Assembly (NCBI GenBank): GCA_943349945.1
Contig: CALQZS010000001.1
Span: forward strand, 130,803-194,802
DNA: 64,000 nt
Origin: Candidatus Nomurabacteria bacterium
Lineage (GTDB): Bacteria; Patescibacteriota; Minisyncoccia; Phycocordibacterales; SBAW01
Direction of reading: 5' to 3'
Shown here: in pieces, positions 61,730 to 64,000 of the stretch
How positions within the stretch are numbered: position 1 is the first letter of the stretch
Layout: each line of letters starts with the position of its first letter
Notes under the pieces: generated by a model
Told to the model about the DNA's origin: nothing
The model's database searches: none
The model's input: only the letters and a program-made list of their open reading frames with translations
Position numbers and translations under genes: made by a program

Positions 61730-61845
61730 GTTGTCTATTGGTCCCTTCTGGGCAAGCGCCCGGGACATGGATCAACTCTATGTGAGAGTCCAAGAGACTA
61801 TACACCAGGGCAATTTAGTATGCAAGGCCACGGGGCACACACAAC

Positions 61846-61874
61846 AAAACCCACCAAAATGGTGGGTTTTGTTG
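61846..61874 (-). terminator. Intrinsic terminator/attenuator hairpin inside the leader upstream of rplC
   Basis: CCCACC-n5-GGTGGG flanked by an A-run and a T-run; on minus it is followed by TTTTGTTG. Confidence 0.65.
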
Positions 61875-62038
61875 TAGAAATTTCTTTTATTGGTACTCGA
61901 TGCCACGACGTCCACCTTGGAAACCCTAAGAAAGACGTACCCTCGGGCTGTTTGAGACCCAATAAAAAAATCCGAGACATTCTCTCAGACGAAATTCTGA
62001 CTTGCTCGTGATCACGAACTAATGAGCAACTTTTATTG

Positions 62039-62066
62039 AGTATACAGCAAACCATACATGTTGCAA
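62039..62066 (-). promoter_or_regulatory. Candidate promoter TTGCAA-16 nt-TATACT for the rplC operon
   Basis: Minus strand ttgcaacatgtatggtttgctgtatact. Confidence 0.55.
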
Positions 62067-62067
62067 A

Positions 62068-62097
62068 CAAAAAACTCCGCCAAAGCGGAGTTTTTTG
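62068..62097. terminator. Terminator after rpsJ (bidirectional shape)
   Basis: AAAAAA-CTCCGC-caaa-GCGGAG-TTTTTT. Confidence 0.8.
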
Positions 62098-62111
62098 TGG
62101 ATAGAGGTTAC

Positions 62112-62483
62112 TTAGACCATTTTGACATCAATCGTCACACCCGATGGGAGCGACAAGTTTGTCAGCGCTTCAATAACTTTTGGCGCTGGGTCTAGGATGT
62201 CTATCAATCGTTTATGAATGCGCATCTCAAACTGCTCGCGTGCGTCTTTGTAGACGAAGGTTGAGCGGTTTACGGTGTACTTTTTTATCTCTGTAGGAAG
62301 CGGTATCGGGCCTGCAATTTTGGCATCATAGCGGAGCGCCGTGTCCATGATTTGGCGCACTGACGTATCAAGCACCTTGTGCTCGTAGGCACGTACTTTG
62401 ATGCGCAGACGCTGTACTTGGGCAGGAGCTGCTGCCTTGCGAGGCCGCTTTACGGGAGTCTTTTTTGTTTCTTCGGTAGCCAT
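62112..62483 (-). CDS. rpsJ: 30S ribosomal protein S10 (N-terminal extension)
   Basis: RLRIKVRAYEHKVLD...PLPTEIKKYTV. Confidence 0.95.
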   Translation of the reverse strand: MATEETKKTPVKRPRKAAAPAQVQRLRIKVRAYEHKVLDTSVRQIMDTALRYDAKIAGPIPLPTEIKKYTVNRSTFVYKDAREQFEMRIHKRLIDILDPAPKVIEALTNLSLPSGVTIDVKMV

Positions 62484-62588
62484 ATTTTTTATTGAGTCTA
62501 GTTCTCTCCGACCTTGCGGAGTAACCTATACCCGGTTAGCTTACTCACTAATAACAGTACGCAACTTCTATTTAATTTAAAATAGTCG

Positions 62589-63788
<1,200 letters not shown>

Positions 63789-64000
63789 ATACTAACTACT
63801 TCTAAATCGATTAATAAGTGCCGAGATTAAACCCTTCGTTTGCCATACATCCGCCCCAAGGGAGCTAGATTTCTGAACAAACAAACAGGGCAAACAAAGG
63901 AAAACCACGCACGGATGCGTTCTCGCCATGATAGCAAACCCACACAAAGAGTCAATGCGCCCACCCCTATCCGGGAGTAGGCGCATCGCGCTTTTTAGAG

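Noticed and set aside
63789-64000. A possible tRNA or terminator upstream of tuf.
   Set aside because: Only a 13-bp hairpin (ATGCGCCTACTCC/GGGGTGGGCGCAT, minus strand) and a short ACGCA/TGCGT hairpin with a T-rich tail are visible.

There is no cloverleaf.

The region is too close to the window edge to interpret.

Overview
The window reads like a reduced-genome, CPR/Patescibacteria-type bacterium. This is an inference from three things: rpsE sits directly next to rplO with no L30 gene, S14 is the Zn-ribbon type, and the small genes are tightly packed or overlapping. All calls rest on my reading of the ORF translations and hand folding or reverse-complementing; no searches were run.

Layout:
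- 1-12.8 kb: a complete type IV pilus locus. It has six prepilin-type genes, pilD, pilC, pilT, pilB and pilM plus N- and O-like genes, with comF next to it. An IS200/RAYT-type Y1 transposase flanked by 46-nt repeats interrupts the locus.
- 12.9-13.5 kb: a GcrA-like regulator.
- 13.5-25.3 kb: a sharply AT-richer island. It carries HAM1, DUF1295, DUF2177, SOUL, fasciclin, PCD, an FAD oxidase, a frameshifted hydrolase, a photolyase-like gene, two tRNA-Ser genes plus tRNA-end fragments, and a class II Fic.
- 25.3-31.6 kb: maf, a YkuD/S11-carboxypeptidase fusion, an ABC-2 exporter, and an ECF sigma with a DUF5667 partner.
- 31.7-32.8 kb: the most unusual locus. It is an orphan minus-strand unit with a consensus TTGACA-17-TATAAT promoter, a hairpin-dense leader of about 365 nt, an unrecognisable 130-aa ORF, a complete type III hammerhead ribozyme motif in the 3' UTR, and a terminator.
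- 32.9-46.4 kb: malic enzyme, recG carrying a 111-nt in-frame palindrome, tRNA-Ile(UAU), pyrB, a pyrD-like gene, ftsH, smpB, a GIY-YIG cassette, tmRNA, infC-rpmI-rplT, a LOG-like gene and a beta-CASP RNase.
- 46.4-48.4 kb: a candidate hairpin ncRNA, a second RAYT and three copies of a 25-nt palindrome.
- 48.4-64 kb: ndk, map, adk, gmk, secY and the spc/S10 ribosomal protein cluster through tuf. An antisense rlpA-like insertion and several internal terminator hairpins punctuate the cluster.

No rRNA, CRISPR array or integrase was seen.
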